From Ancylonema sp. (lineage: Eukaryota), in assembly GCA_050230475.1 (NCBI GenBank), contig JBFLGF010000047.1:51478-71477 (forward strand): 20,000 bases of DNA, given 5' to 3'. Below, piece by piece: positions 1-10,434 of this stretch. Positions within the stretch are counted from its first letter, which is position 1. Each line of letters opens with the position of its first letter. The notes below the pieces were generated by a model. It made no database searches, was not told the origin of the DNA, and saw nothing but the letters and a program-made list of their open reading frames with translations. The position numbers and the translations under genes are program-made.

Positions 1-681
1 TCTTTGAATAACATTTGTCTCTCTAGAACCATATAAATGTTGGACACATAGTTTTGTTGTTGTTCGTAATGTTAATGGAAGTTATTCACCGTTAAGCATG
101 TTATAGTTAATATCAACAAGTTTTGAAAACAAAACAAATTTCATCTATGAAGTCTAACTATACATTGAGTTAACATCCTCGAGTATGCGAGGAGATGCTA
201 TGAGTCGCCCTCCAAAACATATGTTGGTGTTGTGCAATCCCTTGGTAACCTACGGGATGCAAGTGGAAACCCAAACAATCATACGCCATCACAACTGCAC
301 ACAACTTTGATCACATGTGCTATGATTGACCGTTGTAGCATAGTTGAACCCTCATCTCCCCTATCCCGATTTTCGGGTTGAACCAGGACCATCTAGGAAA
401 GGATGAAGGGAAAAGAAACATATTTGGGGGGTTTACGCCACATTCGCATGGTTTCCTTTCGGTGCACTCAGACTATAACTTAAAGCATAACAAAATTCAA
501 TTGTTGATCCGGGTTCCGATCCGGTTCCGTACCGGATCAAGTCCAATCCCGATTGCAACAAGATTGGGTCAATTATGTTGTGTAGTACTCACATTACTTT
601 TCTGGAGGGTGTCAACATTGCGCATTCTTGTGACACCGAGAGAGGAAAGCTAATCTTGATTGTGTGATACTGTGCCGTAAA

Positions 682-714
682 AACGATTAGGGTCATATTA
701 TGACCCTAATCGTT
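682..714. repeat. Perfect palindrome, 16-bp arms with a 1-nt spacer
   Basis: aacgattagggtcata-t-tatgaccctaatcgtt; the arms are exact reverse complements. Confidence 0.95.
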
Positions 715-1053
715 CAACATTTTTACGCGTTGATGCCTTCTACTTATGAATCATGCATTCATAAATAATTACAATTTGCATGATATGCATGAGAGGTGCA
801 CTTGGTCTCCTCTATCGGTTGGTCGGTTACCCATCCAAAGAATCGCAGTTTACGTTGATGAAAAGCAATCCGAAACTACTTTTCGTCAAAGGTGAATAAT
901 TGACACAACTTCGCACACGCGCAATGGTCGACATTGAGTTGGAAGACGACCTCTAAGTTCCCATAATATTCATCAAAATAATCACAGACAACAATGTACC
1001 AGCAAGAAATCATAGAGACGAGTATGCAATGACATATAGGTGGCAATGAGCAC

Positions 1054-1488
1054 TCAAGATTTGGCCAAGGCTTGTGATTTTAACAAGTACAACAAAATGC
1101 CTCCCGCAACCGCGACATTCAAAGACTCCACTCCTCCAGGCATGGGGATTGAGACTCTCCTACAGTGCTCTATAGCGATTTCAGACACACCTTGACCTTC
1201 ACTACCCAACACAAGGCAAATCTTGTCTCCTCTACATGCGACTTCCAAGCTATCTAAAGACTTTGCTTCTCCAACCACGCCCTCATTATCCTCATTCGGT
1301 ATATTAGAATTGCCACTCTCGTCCCCGGGGTCTGCAGCGAACAAGGGAATGGAGTTTGTCGTCGTCCACGACAGCAAATCATCCCACTCTCCAACTATTA
1401 GCGGGAGCCGGAAGGCGCATCCCCGAGACGCACGTAAAGCTTTTTGGTTGAACGGGTCGCAACATCCCGGCAACAAAAAAACTCCATC
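1054..1488 (-). CDS. SpoU methyltransferase exon 4 (DGVFLLPGCCDPFN...LLKSQALAKS*)
   Basis: Acceptor gatgcag|GAT; carries SpoU motifs 2 and 3 of the SAM-binding knot; TGA at 1056-1054. Confidence 0.95.
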   Translation of the reverse strand, partial: DGVFLLPGCCDPFNQKALRASRGCAFRLPLIVGEWDDLLSWTTTNSIPLFAADPGDESGNSNIPNEDNEGVVGEAKSLDSLEVACRGDKICLVLGSEGQGVSEIAIEHCRRVSIPMPGGVESLNVAVAGGILLYLLKSQALAKS

Positions 1489-4120
1489 CTGCATCAACGG
1501 GTATGAAAATAAGTTGACCAAAAAAAAAAACAGTTTGGTAATACCACTTCCTGCGGATTCATGTGGTTCCTGTACAAGAAATGACTTGTGCCAATAAAGA
1601 AGGACCAACAAAACAAAAGAAAACAAAAAGAACACATGGACACACACACACACACACACATACATAGGAGCTACTATAGAAGCCTAGAATTAATTCAAAA
1701 AAATACAAAAAACCACTATTCGTAAAGTAGTACATGTTTCTCACCCATGCAAAAGCAGCTGCAGTTCGTAGCAAAGTCCCAAGATTACCCGGATCCTGGA
1801 CAAGAGAAAAGAAGATAACCAACCATCAAGACTTGCCTATATTAACAAACCGTTTTATTGGAAGATGTCACCGACACCGTAGCGATTGTCTCTCTCAAGA
1901 CCCTCGAACATAAACGATAACAACAACAATAAGATATAATCCCTAGCATAATCTCTAGCATAATCTCTAGCATAGACTTGTGTCCTCACCCTTCTTACGG
2001 ATCACACCTCCGACATCCATCCTCACCCTAACAACACACTTTCTAGATCCCCACACCCCCGACATCTACTAAAACACGTACACGATCCCGGTTACGGGTT
2101 CCCCACCACACCCATAAATCAATACTGCACAACCCCCAACCGCCCCTCGTTTCTTGTCACCAACCCCCCTAGAATCCACCCCAGTCCACTTCTCTTTCTT
2201 TTCCTCACAATGGTTTCTCGCCCCCACAACTATCCCCAATCCCCTCGTGACGACATCATCCCGTCCCAACTACATCATCTTCCCCCCCCCATGAACATCA
2301 CCTGAATCCCATCAAGTGCCACCACGTGTTTCGCCCTCCCCCTCCAAGACTCCAACCACTCGGTCTCCCCACCCCCCCCCCCTCCTCCAACCCCGAGGTC
2401 AACAAATCCGCCGGGCATCTCCATGACCCCAACCGCGTCCACCCCCTCCGAGGACTCCATCCCTGCCAACCGCCCCATCACGGCATCTGATACCCGGATC
2501 ACTCTCGGGGGGTGGAGGTCCGCTAGGGCGGGGGGGAGGACGTCCTTCTCTCGGATGAAAAGGAGTTGGGGGCGGGGGCGGGGGTGAGGGGCGGCAAGGG
2601 AGGTGGACGACGTGCCACAAATTTCTCTGCAGGGTACGGCATTTGTTTTTGTTTTTACGGTTGGATTTCACTTGTTTCAATCACGTAGGTTTTTCTGTTT
2701 TGTACTTTGAGTTTTGTGAAACCGATTGGGGAGAGGTTGGTGAGTGGGGTTAGAGGGCTCCGATTTTAAGGATTTCAAAGGGGGGTAAGGGCTGTAGTGG
2801 TTGGACAACCGATATTTCAAAAGGGTTTGGGGTGTAAAGAAAGATATAGTACCGAGACCGAAGAGTCCCAAAATAAGGATTTTGTTTGGCGAAATACTAA
2901 AGTGGATTGAAAAATTGATAAAAGAAAATGAAAAAAGAAACGATATGACATAAAACTAATTGTGTTGTCCTCATGAAGAAGTATATATGTACATATATTT
3001 TGAAGATCAGACCCGGATGAGGTTCAAATAATGCCAAGTCTAGGTGTATCAAGACTATCAAGTCTAGTGAGGGGTCACTATCTGTGAGGATGACAGCAAG
3101 TGACTCATATACGGGCAAGCTACCACCCAAAGCTATCGAATTCATACAAGGCAACCAATCAAAATAGAGTATAATCTGACATGAAATAGAATTGCAACGT
3201 GTAACGTGGGCTTCTTCCAGAAAATGTGCAAGAATTCTGAAGTTTTGAGAGTCATTGTATCCGCCCCCGGGCAGGGCCGCATGTCGGCACCGTCGTGTGG
3301 GGCGGAAAAGGCGTTTTGACATTCAAGATGTTATCTTCAAAGCTTGTCAACGGGGTGTGTGTGGAGATATATATTTTTTGGGGTTTGTGGAGCATGCAGA
3401 TGATAGGTACGCTTCAAATGAACGAGATTGCATTACTTTTTTTTTTTTGGGGGTGGTTTTTCGAGTGGAAGCCCGCCCCAACAGACTTCTTAGAACGCCT
3501 ACCAACTTACACCCGAAACAAAGTCCTCGAAGTGTTCAGAAAGTACGTTCAGAAAACTTCATTACACCCGAAACTGACCGCAAATATATCCACCGGGTTT
3601 CTCAAAAAAACAAGGGAAGGAGCGCGACACGACCAGAGAGGGGTAGACACTTAGGAAGGAGATACCCAACGAACACTAGTGATAGTTTATCAGGGTTGCA
3701 TTGCCAGGGTTGAACTGTTACGAACTTGAGGGGCGTGCCACCCACGATAAGGAGGGATTTGGCAGCTCTTCTGTAAGTGGAGCTAGTCCGCAGCTTCACG
3801 CAGTGCTTGATGTATGGATTGGAGGGGCTAGTGATGGTCTCCACCGACGGGAGAGGGGGGAACGAATTGCCTTCAGCCACGGTTTCTTTTTGCCTACGCC
3901 TAGAGTGGGTTGTCGTTGTAGATGGAGATTCTGCCGTGATACCTATGCCTACTGTAGACCTGGAGGCTGCACTTGGGTCTGAGCCCGAAAGTGGGAGAAA
4001 TCCGCGAAAACGATCTACATCCGAACCTGTATGGCTCATGCCCGGGATCGACAACCAGTCTGAGCTTAACTCAGTATGCGGAAGGGTCGCAAAGAGGCGC
4101 GCCATCGAGAAGCTCGTCAT
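1054..4120 (-). CDS. SpoU/TrmH-family (SPOUT) tRNA/rRNA 2'-O-ribose methyltransferase, probably organelle-targeted; join(4120..3726, 2626..2302, 1795..1745, 1488..1054), 401 aa
   Basis: Four exons joined by GT-AG introns (phases 2, 0, 0) give one 1206-nt reading frame ending in TGA. The three SpoU motifs are present: LDGIQ|DPGNLGTLLRTA, LVLGSEGQGVS and VSIPMPGGVESLNVAVAGGILLY. The N-terminal ITSPSNPYIKHCVKL...YR...LIVG segment is typical of the TrmH/TsnR/MRM3-like substrate-binding region. A Ser/Thr/Arg-rich leader suggests a transit peptide (inference). Confidence 0.95.
1641..1660. repeat. (CA)10 microsatellite in SpoU intron 3
   Basis: Read directly from the sequence. Confidence 0.95.
1745..1795 (-). 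CDS. SpoU methyltransferase exon 3 (DPGNLGTLLRTAAAFAW)
   Basis: Acceptor ttgtccag|GAT; donor TGG|GTGAGA; 51 nt; carries SpoU motif 1. Confidence 0.95.
1936..1974. repeat. 12-bp tandem repeat (ataatctctagc, ~3.25 copies) in SpoU intron 2
   Basis: ataatccctagc/ataatctctagc/ataatctctagc/ata. Confidence 0.9.
2302..2626 (-). CDS. SpoU methyltransferase exon 2 (EICGTSS...RVIRVSDAVMGRLAG...VVALDGIQ)
   Basis: Acceptor ccctgcag|AGAAATT; donor ATTCAG|GTGATG; 325 nt, in frame with exons 1 and 3. Confidence 0.9.
3726..4120 (-). CDS. SpoU methyltransferase exon 1 (MTSFSMAR...IVGGTPL-K)
   Basis: ATG at 4120; donor CTCAA|GTTCGT at 3725; 395 nt, phase 2. A second in-frame ATG lies five codons downstream, so the exact start is uncertain. 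Confidence 0.88.
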
Positions 4121-4222
4121 TGGGGCAATCGCAGGCAGTCCGCAGTCCTAATTTCTGACATGGCAGTTCAGCAGGAGTACTTTAGTACTTCAGGACTCGA
4201 GTACTTCAGACCCGGTCTGAGC

Positions 4223-5171
4223 TTCGGGCTCCGGCGGATCCGGGCTCAAGATAGGGAAATACGGGCAAACGCCATCCGTCAACTGTCAACCGGAAACTGC
4301 CCAACTGCCGGTCGTCCGACCGCCGATTCACTAGACCTCCATCCCACCGCGAAACCGCCGCCTAACGGCCCAACCGCCCCAATCGGCGGCTGGCGGTCGG
4401 ACTGCGGTAGGGGGTAGGGGATAGATATTCGTGAATAGGTAGAACGATTAGGTACGATTGGGTGCCATTCGTCTAAACTTAGCTTAGCTAATTAAGACTC
4501 AATGGTTGTAAATTGAACCGATGTATTGAACCGATGTTGCTGTCTGTGGGTCTACGACTTTTGCTGGAGACACTTCCTCCTTTATTTTGTACACGCCAAC
4601 TATACCGTACATTTTCACTAACTTGTAATGAAGAACACTTATGACTAAAAGTTCTAGCCAAATACAATTTTGCTCCCTCCGATATTTTCATTAGGATCAA
4701 TTTTTTCACAATTCTTCAACATAATATTTCTGAAAATAAACGGCTACACATGCTAACCTTCGGTTGGTAATGAACACCGAATCAAATTCAATGTGAAAAA
4801 CACACCATTCAAAATCGTGAATAACCGAGGGTGTGAACAAATGATTGTATGATCGACCGTTCAAACCACTAATATATCAAATGTTGCAAAATAAGTTCAA
4901 CCCAAAACAAATGTCCAACCGCCGTCCAACCGGTCCAAGCGCTTTTCAACCGTCGGCGGTCGGGCGGTTGGGTGGCGGGTGGGCGGTTGGTTGGCGGCTA
5001 GATGGCGGTTGGGTTGCGGTTGGACGGTCGGGTGGCAGTTCGGGGGCTTGGGCGGCGGTTGGAGGCGATGGGCGGTCGGCCAAACGCCAACCATAAGGAT
5101 TCTAGCGGTTGGGGACCATTCTAATCCATACCCCATATGAGCCCGGCTCCGAGTCCGGATCGGAACCTGAA
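4223..5171. mobile_element. Putative non-autonomous DNA transposon (MITE / hAT- or Mutator-like) with long diverged terminal inverted repeats
   Basis: The left end ttcgggctccgg..cggatccgggctca resembles the reverse complement of the right end (ttcaggttccg..cggagccgggctca). Subterminal AACCGCC/GGCGGTT clusters at ~4270-4415 and ~4914-5095 are arranged as inverted images around an AT-rich non-coding core. No target-site duplication was found, so the boundaries are approximate. Confidence 0.65.
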
Positions 5172-6743
5172 TCTTTTGAATTTCTTCAAAAGTAACAAAA
5201 AAAAACAGTCTTACAAGAAGTGCACTTTGGTTGAAGGCCATCATGTTCATACCGGACAACGAACCCAACAAGATTCCTTTATTTTTCAAAGCAAGCAATC
5301 TATCAATGATTCGTAAAGTTGACACCGGGATTCCGTTAATTATTGTCGAGGCTCTCACGCAGACTATCGCTTCTACTAAAAGTTGTTGGAAATTGCTCCG
5401 AGTATAGAAGATCACCGCTTGGAGTGGGAAATACCTTCAATGTATACATCTAGTGGCGTATTGAAAGATATGTAAGCAAGTGTAATAGAGCCGCATTCGG
5501 GGCATGAGCGGCAAATATTACATCTGCATCACCGAAGAGGCGGAGGGAAATAACGACTCATTCTCGACGTACATGAGAATCATAACCATACGCATGGTCA
5601 TCCTTCAATGAGTCAGCAATTATGTCCACGTAATAAACGAATTTGAACACTTATTGGACATTCGATCAAATTGATCACCGAATGGATGAATCACACACCC
5701 ATCGAGAGCAATTGCTCGATCGCGAATCGATGGAAGCGAGGAAACAAAATGATGTATTTTAAATTTTATTATATTTGGGTTCTTAATTTGGTTTTCAGAT
5801 ACGATGTCGCTTTCCGTTGTCACTTCAATATATTGTGCAAACATCGTACTTACCCGCTAAATGCCTTTAGTTGACCTCGAAAAAAAACTTGATTCTGATC
5901 GAGTGAATTCGAAAAAAATGAAGCACTTGGTAGAAGTGTGTAGATGGAAATCGTATCTATGTGACTATTTTCACGTCCAAAGGATAAACGAAACCTCCTT
6001 ACTCCTTTTTATGAATCAACTTTTGGTTTCTATAAAGTCTACTCGCAAAAACAAACGAGTATCACACACCAACACTCCATATCTGACGATACAGTAATAC
6101 TTATTGCTTACTAGCATAGTTGTAGCGAAAAAAAACAAAAACTTATTGGCATATTCTTTACACTTGTGCTTTGTTTCATGAACATATTCGACAAGTGGCG
6201 GCTCTTCTAATCCACATGTGCTTCCGCAATCCACACGCTAAAGTCCACATACCATGTCCACATGGATAATGTGTGTTGTTGTCACGTGTCTTCACTCGTC
6301 ATTTCTACATCCGTATCGACTTGTGGGGAGGAAAAATGATGTTCGTCCATAGAAAGGGTCGGAGGATTCCCATCTCCTTGGGCCACCCATTCTCCAGATA
6401 CACCCTCGATTTCGTCACCATCGATTTGTGTGGGGGCTTTGGGCGTATTGTCAAGCTACGAACACCCAACCACCATCACCGGTCACCGTCATATCATACT
6501 TTTTCCTCTTTGTAGGAAGCCATACAATAAACTCTTGATATACAAAACATAAAAAAAAACGATTCAACAAAATACTCCCGCGAGCTGTTATTAAAATAAA
6601 TCATATCCCTCTGTAGAGACACACCGTTTGCAACGGCACCCCTTAAGACCTTTGGCTGGGTGTGATAATAGGCTGGTATAGAGGGAAACAAATGAAAATC
6701 ATTGGCGTTCAGTGACATAGAGTTTAGTATATCGTACATAGCA

Positions 6744-7539
6744 TCAGTGGCTATGTATCCGTGGATTACTGAATCGTTCGTCCCCATTTCCATTCCCCAT
6801 TTTCCCACAATACATTGAAAGTTCAAACTTGATTCTTTCCCATTGGACTCGGATGTGATAAATAGGAGCCACTGCCTCAAATTCGTGATAATCTGAGTGC
6901 GGGGAAAGGGAAATAATGCTACAAGGGCATAAATGCTACAATGGGCAATAAGTGTGCGACAACACACGTAAAAAACACCGGGAAAAAAACATTGGTGAAC
7001 CGCTAAGTACACGGTGACCCCCGACATCATGTTATGGATACTTGCCCAATTCAATCCCAAAACCGCTATCATTGCTGACGAACTGATGAAGAGGCTAATA
7101 ACCACGAAAAAATAAGTGCTTCGTCAATTTCGATATTGCAACTTGGAGATGTAGCTCACATTGTCACCGACCGGAAATGGCCTGTCACTCCTCTCACACT
7201 GTGCGCCACTCGCGGTATTCTCATCGTTGGAAACGGGGAAAAGAGGTGCAACCTCTTGATCCATAGGATCCTCCTATGGCATCAAGAAAAAAAAAAACGG
7301 AAACGAAAGTAAAAACAAATGCAGCTCTAAATTCATGATAGTCTTCAGAAAAAAAAAATGGTATCGAGTTAGACTCGTACGTGGTGATGAATCGGAGGTG
7401 AATTGAGACACCAACCACCGGCAATGCTAACGTTGGTAGGGATAGAAGATACCAGTGTGGTTGATAGCGGAGTCTGTGGAAGGCTTGCCACCTCAGCGCG
7501 TGGAGGCACATCATCAAAGACAGCGGACTCCATTTGCAC
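6744..7539 (-). CDS. Putative terminal exon group join(7539..7381, 7273..7160, 7094..7046, 6892..6744): VQMESAVFDD...|EDPMDQEVAP...|PLHQFVSND...|DYHEFEAV...RIHSH*
   Basis: Four segments with AG acceptors and GTACGA, GTGAGC and GCAAGT donors splice into one stop-free frame ending at TGA 6746-6744. The product is not recognised. Confidence 0.45.
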
Positions 7540-8291
7540 CTACACACAATACACAGACCCAAAAGAATGCGTACCCGCACCTCATATTTTATTTGCTGGT
7601 TCTCTTGAAGGTGACCATTTGTATTAATTGAGGTGAAAGTCGTGTATTATTAGACGAAGGTAGCGGGTTTAAGCCGCACAGGATAGAATAGAACAGAGAC
7701 AAAAACAAATTTGAGACGTGGAGACATATTGTAGTTTTTGCATTGTGTTTTCTCACGATTTTATCTTGAAGATAATACATGCGAGAAGATGCGTTCTACA
7801 CATGTTGCTCCTTTTGTTATCATTGAAGTGGATATCGGCAAGTGAAGGAGCAATGGGCGGGGTAGCCAGTCACTAATATTAAAAATAGTTATACATCGTA
7901 TGTAGATCTCAATCCCGTTTTTTATAGTTTGTGTAATACCTATGATCCAGCCACAAATCCCAACCATCGATACGTTTTAATCTTCTATCCGCCGGTAAAT
8001 TGTCTAAAATAACGTCACATCACTTCAAATGCTGATAACATAGTTGTGAGCCTCATGACTATACCGCCCGTGGTTCACGTATTACGTGATTGCTTTGAAC
8101 TCCAAAAAAAAAACAATTTAGTTCAATTACATACGTTGATGAGTGGGATTTAGTGCGTAGAGTTGCATACAAATTACATGTGAAATTTGCGATGCTATGT
8201 GTGTCATATTTTGAATAATTTTCGGTGTTCACCACTTCAAATTAAAAGCGCTAATGCTAGACTATGCATACTACGCGAAAACCTCATTACA

Positions 8292-8321
8292 AATTTCAAT
8301 TTCAATTTCAATTTCAATTTC
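8292..8321. repeat. (AATTTC)5 hexamer repeat
   Basis: Read directly from the sequence; AT-rich intronic or intergenic context. Confidence 0.9.
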
Positions 8322-8601
8322 GGAGAAGTCGGCCATTTCAATTCATTAATTTAAAAATGAAAAAAAAAATGAAAAAAGAAAAAGAAAAAAAAAGATTAAG
8401 GTTGTCGTGGAAATACTGGCTTCAAGTTGGTCATCGCCGATGAAATGGTCGAAAAGAGTTTTTAAGTCAATCACCAGCACATAAATACTCATTCATAAGC
8501 GATAAAATAACTAGTTTAAAGGTCGGTCATGATCAATGAATGGATTGGTTTTCAATCCGGTTATCACCGAGGAACTACTACGGAGTTTTCACGTCGCAAT
8601 A

Positions 8602-8629
8602 CATCATCATCATCATCAACAACAACAAC
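8602..8629. repeat. Compound (CAT)n(CAA)n microsatellite
   Basis: acatcatcatcatcatcaacaacaacaac. Confidence 0.9.
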
Positions 8630-8657
8630 TTGCAAAGGGCTCGGGAAATCAGCTCAC

Positions 8658-8765
8658 ATCGTCGACAATCTGGACCGGCTTCCCTTTCTCTTTTTCCTCC
8701 ACGCTGGCGGTACTCTCACCAGTGAGAGGAGGAAGAGGAGGTGGCGCATCTTGTACTAATTCCGA
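8658..8765 (-). CDS. Putative exon (SELVQDAPPPLPPLTGESTASVEEKEKGKPVQIVDD)
   Basis: Polypyrimidine tract plus caatag|TCG; donor GAT|GTGAGC; 108 nt, phase 0-0. Confidence 0.55.
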
Positions 8766-9306
8766 CTATTGAAGCAACATAGGACAAAGAAAGCGAGGAA
8801 CGTGAGCGTGAATGTGGCCCTCGAGTCACCATCGTGTGGTGTGTAGTGCGTTTTATTGAGTAAGAAGTGGTGTAAAAAAACATTTGGCCATGCTAATGGT
8901 CTAAGGCTCATGCTTGACTGATTCCGTGGTTGGTTTCTTGATTTTTAGATACCCCACCATCTCATATATTTTTTCTAGCATTCGTACGAGAAGTGCGGAC
9001 GGCATATGCGCTTGCAAAATTCCACGGCACCCCGTACTCATTATTTTTTTGGCGGAGATTCCCGAATTTTAAGTATGTAAGCAGTCCATGCTGATATTTT
9101 TAATTTAAATTAAAAAATGTGAATTCAACTTTCGGGAAAAAACAAGAAGACATCGTAAAAATTGACATCTTTGACACACCACGCACATGAAGAAGAAGAA
9201 TAAAACCGAAACGAATTACGACACTCTTTTTCATGTTTTTTAATTAATAAATATGTAAATCACACTCCATAGTTCAAACTTGAGGGAATCTTCTTGGTCA
9301 CACTAC

Positions 9307-9657
9307 ATGGGCATCGGGAGTTCTCACCGGGGGGTTCTGAGTTTCGGTCAGCACTTGACTCGTCTCTGGAACCTCTTCTTTTTTCTTGTCGCCGAGGGGA
9401 ACCGATGTCACAAGAATCGACTCCATCGGATCCTCCGTTTCCTCCCGTGGCACGTCGACACGTGGCACATCCACATGTGGTACATCGACACGTGGCGCAT
9501 CGACATGTGTTGGATCGACACGTGGCACATCGACATGTGGTGCATCGACACGTGGCACCTGGCTTTCAGTTGCCGTCTCCTCCTTCGCGGGTTGTCCCAC
9601 CATTAGGATTGGTTCAGAAGGATTTGTAATGCCTTCTACCACCGCACGCTTGTAGCT
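9307..9657 (-). CDS. Putative exon with the (V/A)P(R/H)VD pentapeptide repeat
   Basis: Lies within ORF 9298..9669; acceptor cttccag|AGC; weak donor CAT|GTAGTG (or the frame ends at TGA 9300); the repeat period is a multiple of 3. Confidence 0.55.
9447..9559. repeat. Minisatellite: 15-bp unit (gtggcacatcgacaY), ~7.5 copies, with 30-bp higher-order period
   Basis: gtggcacgtcgacac/gtggcacatccacat/gtggtacatcgacac/gtggcgcatcgacat/gtgttggatcgacac/gtggcacatcgacat/gtggtgcatcgacac/gtggcacc. Confidence 0.95.
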
Positions 9658-9930
9658 CTGGAAGTCCACGGTCCACGTAGGGACTGAGAGGTTTGACCGA
9701 GGGCAAGTTCCGTTACAACGAAATAGGATTGAGTTTAAGTGGGATTCATCGTTGAGGGGCTTCGTGTAAAAGGCTGCCCAAAGTAGACTGGGATATAATG
9801 TATGATATTTTGCTATATGCTACATACTTTGCGATATGCTCCTTGCTACATGGCATAAAGCTATATGTTTGAGAAAATGGGGTCAATTGATGACGAAAAA
9901 TATAACGGGCATCTTGCGAATGGGGGATAC

Positions 9931-10062
9931 CATAGGCGTGTAGGGCGCAGGCATCTGGATTGGCCGTACCACCTCATGTGTCTTTTCCACGTCATCAAAT
10001 GGATGCCGTACTGCCTCATCCGGTTTCACCACGCCAGCAAGGCCTGCGGCCTGCTTATGCCT
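9931..10062 (-). CDS. Putative exon (RHKQAAGLAGVVKPDEAVRHPFDDVEKTHEVVRPIQMPAPYTPM)
   Basis: Acceptor tttttccag|AGG; donor ATG|GTATCC; 132 nt, phase 0-0, no stops. Confidence 0.55.
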
Positions 10063-10434
10063 CTGGAAAAATCCGAAGAAATTGATATTGTGCGAGTCAT
10101 TAGTTGTACACTACCAAAAAATGGGCCTCATGCGTAATCGTGGATATATTTGTTTTCTACCATGTGATACAAAAGTGGATTAAAAAAGAGCATAACCAGT
10201 GCTACGTCTGACACTAAAACCTGGGAGAGAAGGCGACGAAAGTACAAAAAATACACATTGTGTATGTCGGCAAGTGTCCAGAGAAGATCAACATTTCTTC
10301 ACCTTTTTTTTGTTTTTTTTTTGTTTTTAAAAAAATATTAATACTTCCTCTATGACATGACAGGCATGCAGTCGGTGCGTGTGTTCTTCTCACAAATCGT
10401 CCATAGCATATGAAGACAATTTAGAATGCCCTAC

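Noticed and set aside
2897..3713. ORFs in SpoU intron 1 and a small tccgcccc...ggggcgga inverted repeat (3260-3306)
   Set aside because: There are no recognisable domains and the ORFs cross homopolymer tracts; 8-bp arms are too short to call an element.
4076..5415. ORFs 4076..4417, 4845..5096 and 4897..5415
   Set aside because: They are largely read-through of the GC-rich subterminal repeats, with no transposase or other recognisable motif.
6494..7105. 203-aa minus-strand ORF as a stand-alone gene
   Set aside because: It has a GTG start and runs through T-rich intron-like tracts. The exon model in another frame explains it better, although this frame also stays open across two junctions.
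7540..7660. Extra exon ending ...QQIKYE|gtgcgg at 7581
   Set aside because: It would need a 41-nt intron, shorter than any other here, and it has no clear acceptor.
8529..8772. Plus-strand ORFs with poly-His/Gln or Ser/Thr runs
   Set aside because: They are products of the (CAT)n(CAA)n microsatellite and lie antisense to a better-supported exon.
9447..9559. CRISPR-like array
   Set aside because: The units are contiguous 15-mers without unique spacers, the context is eukaryotic, and there are no cas genes.
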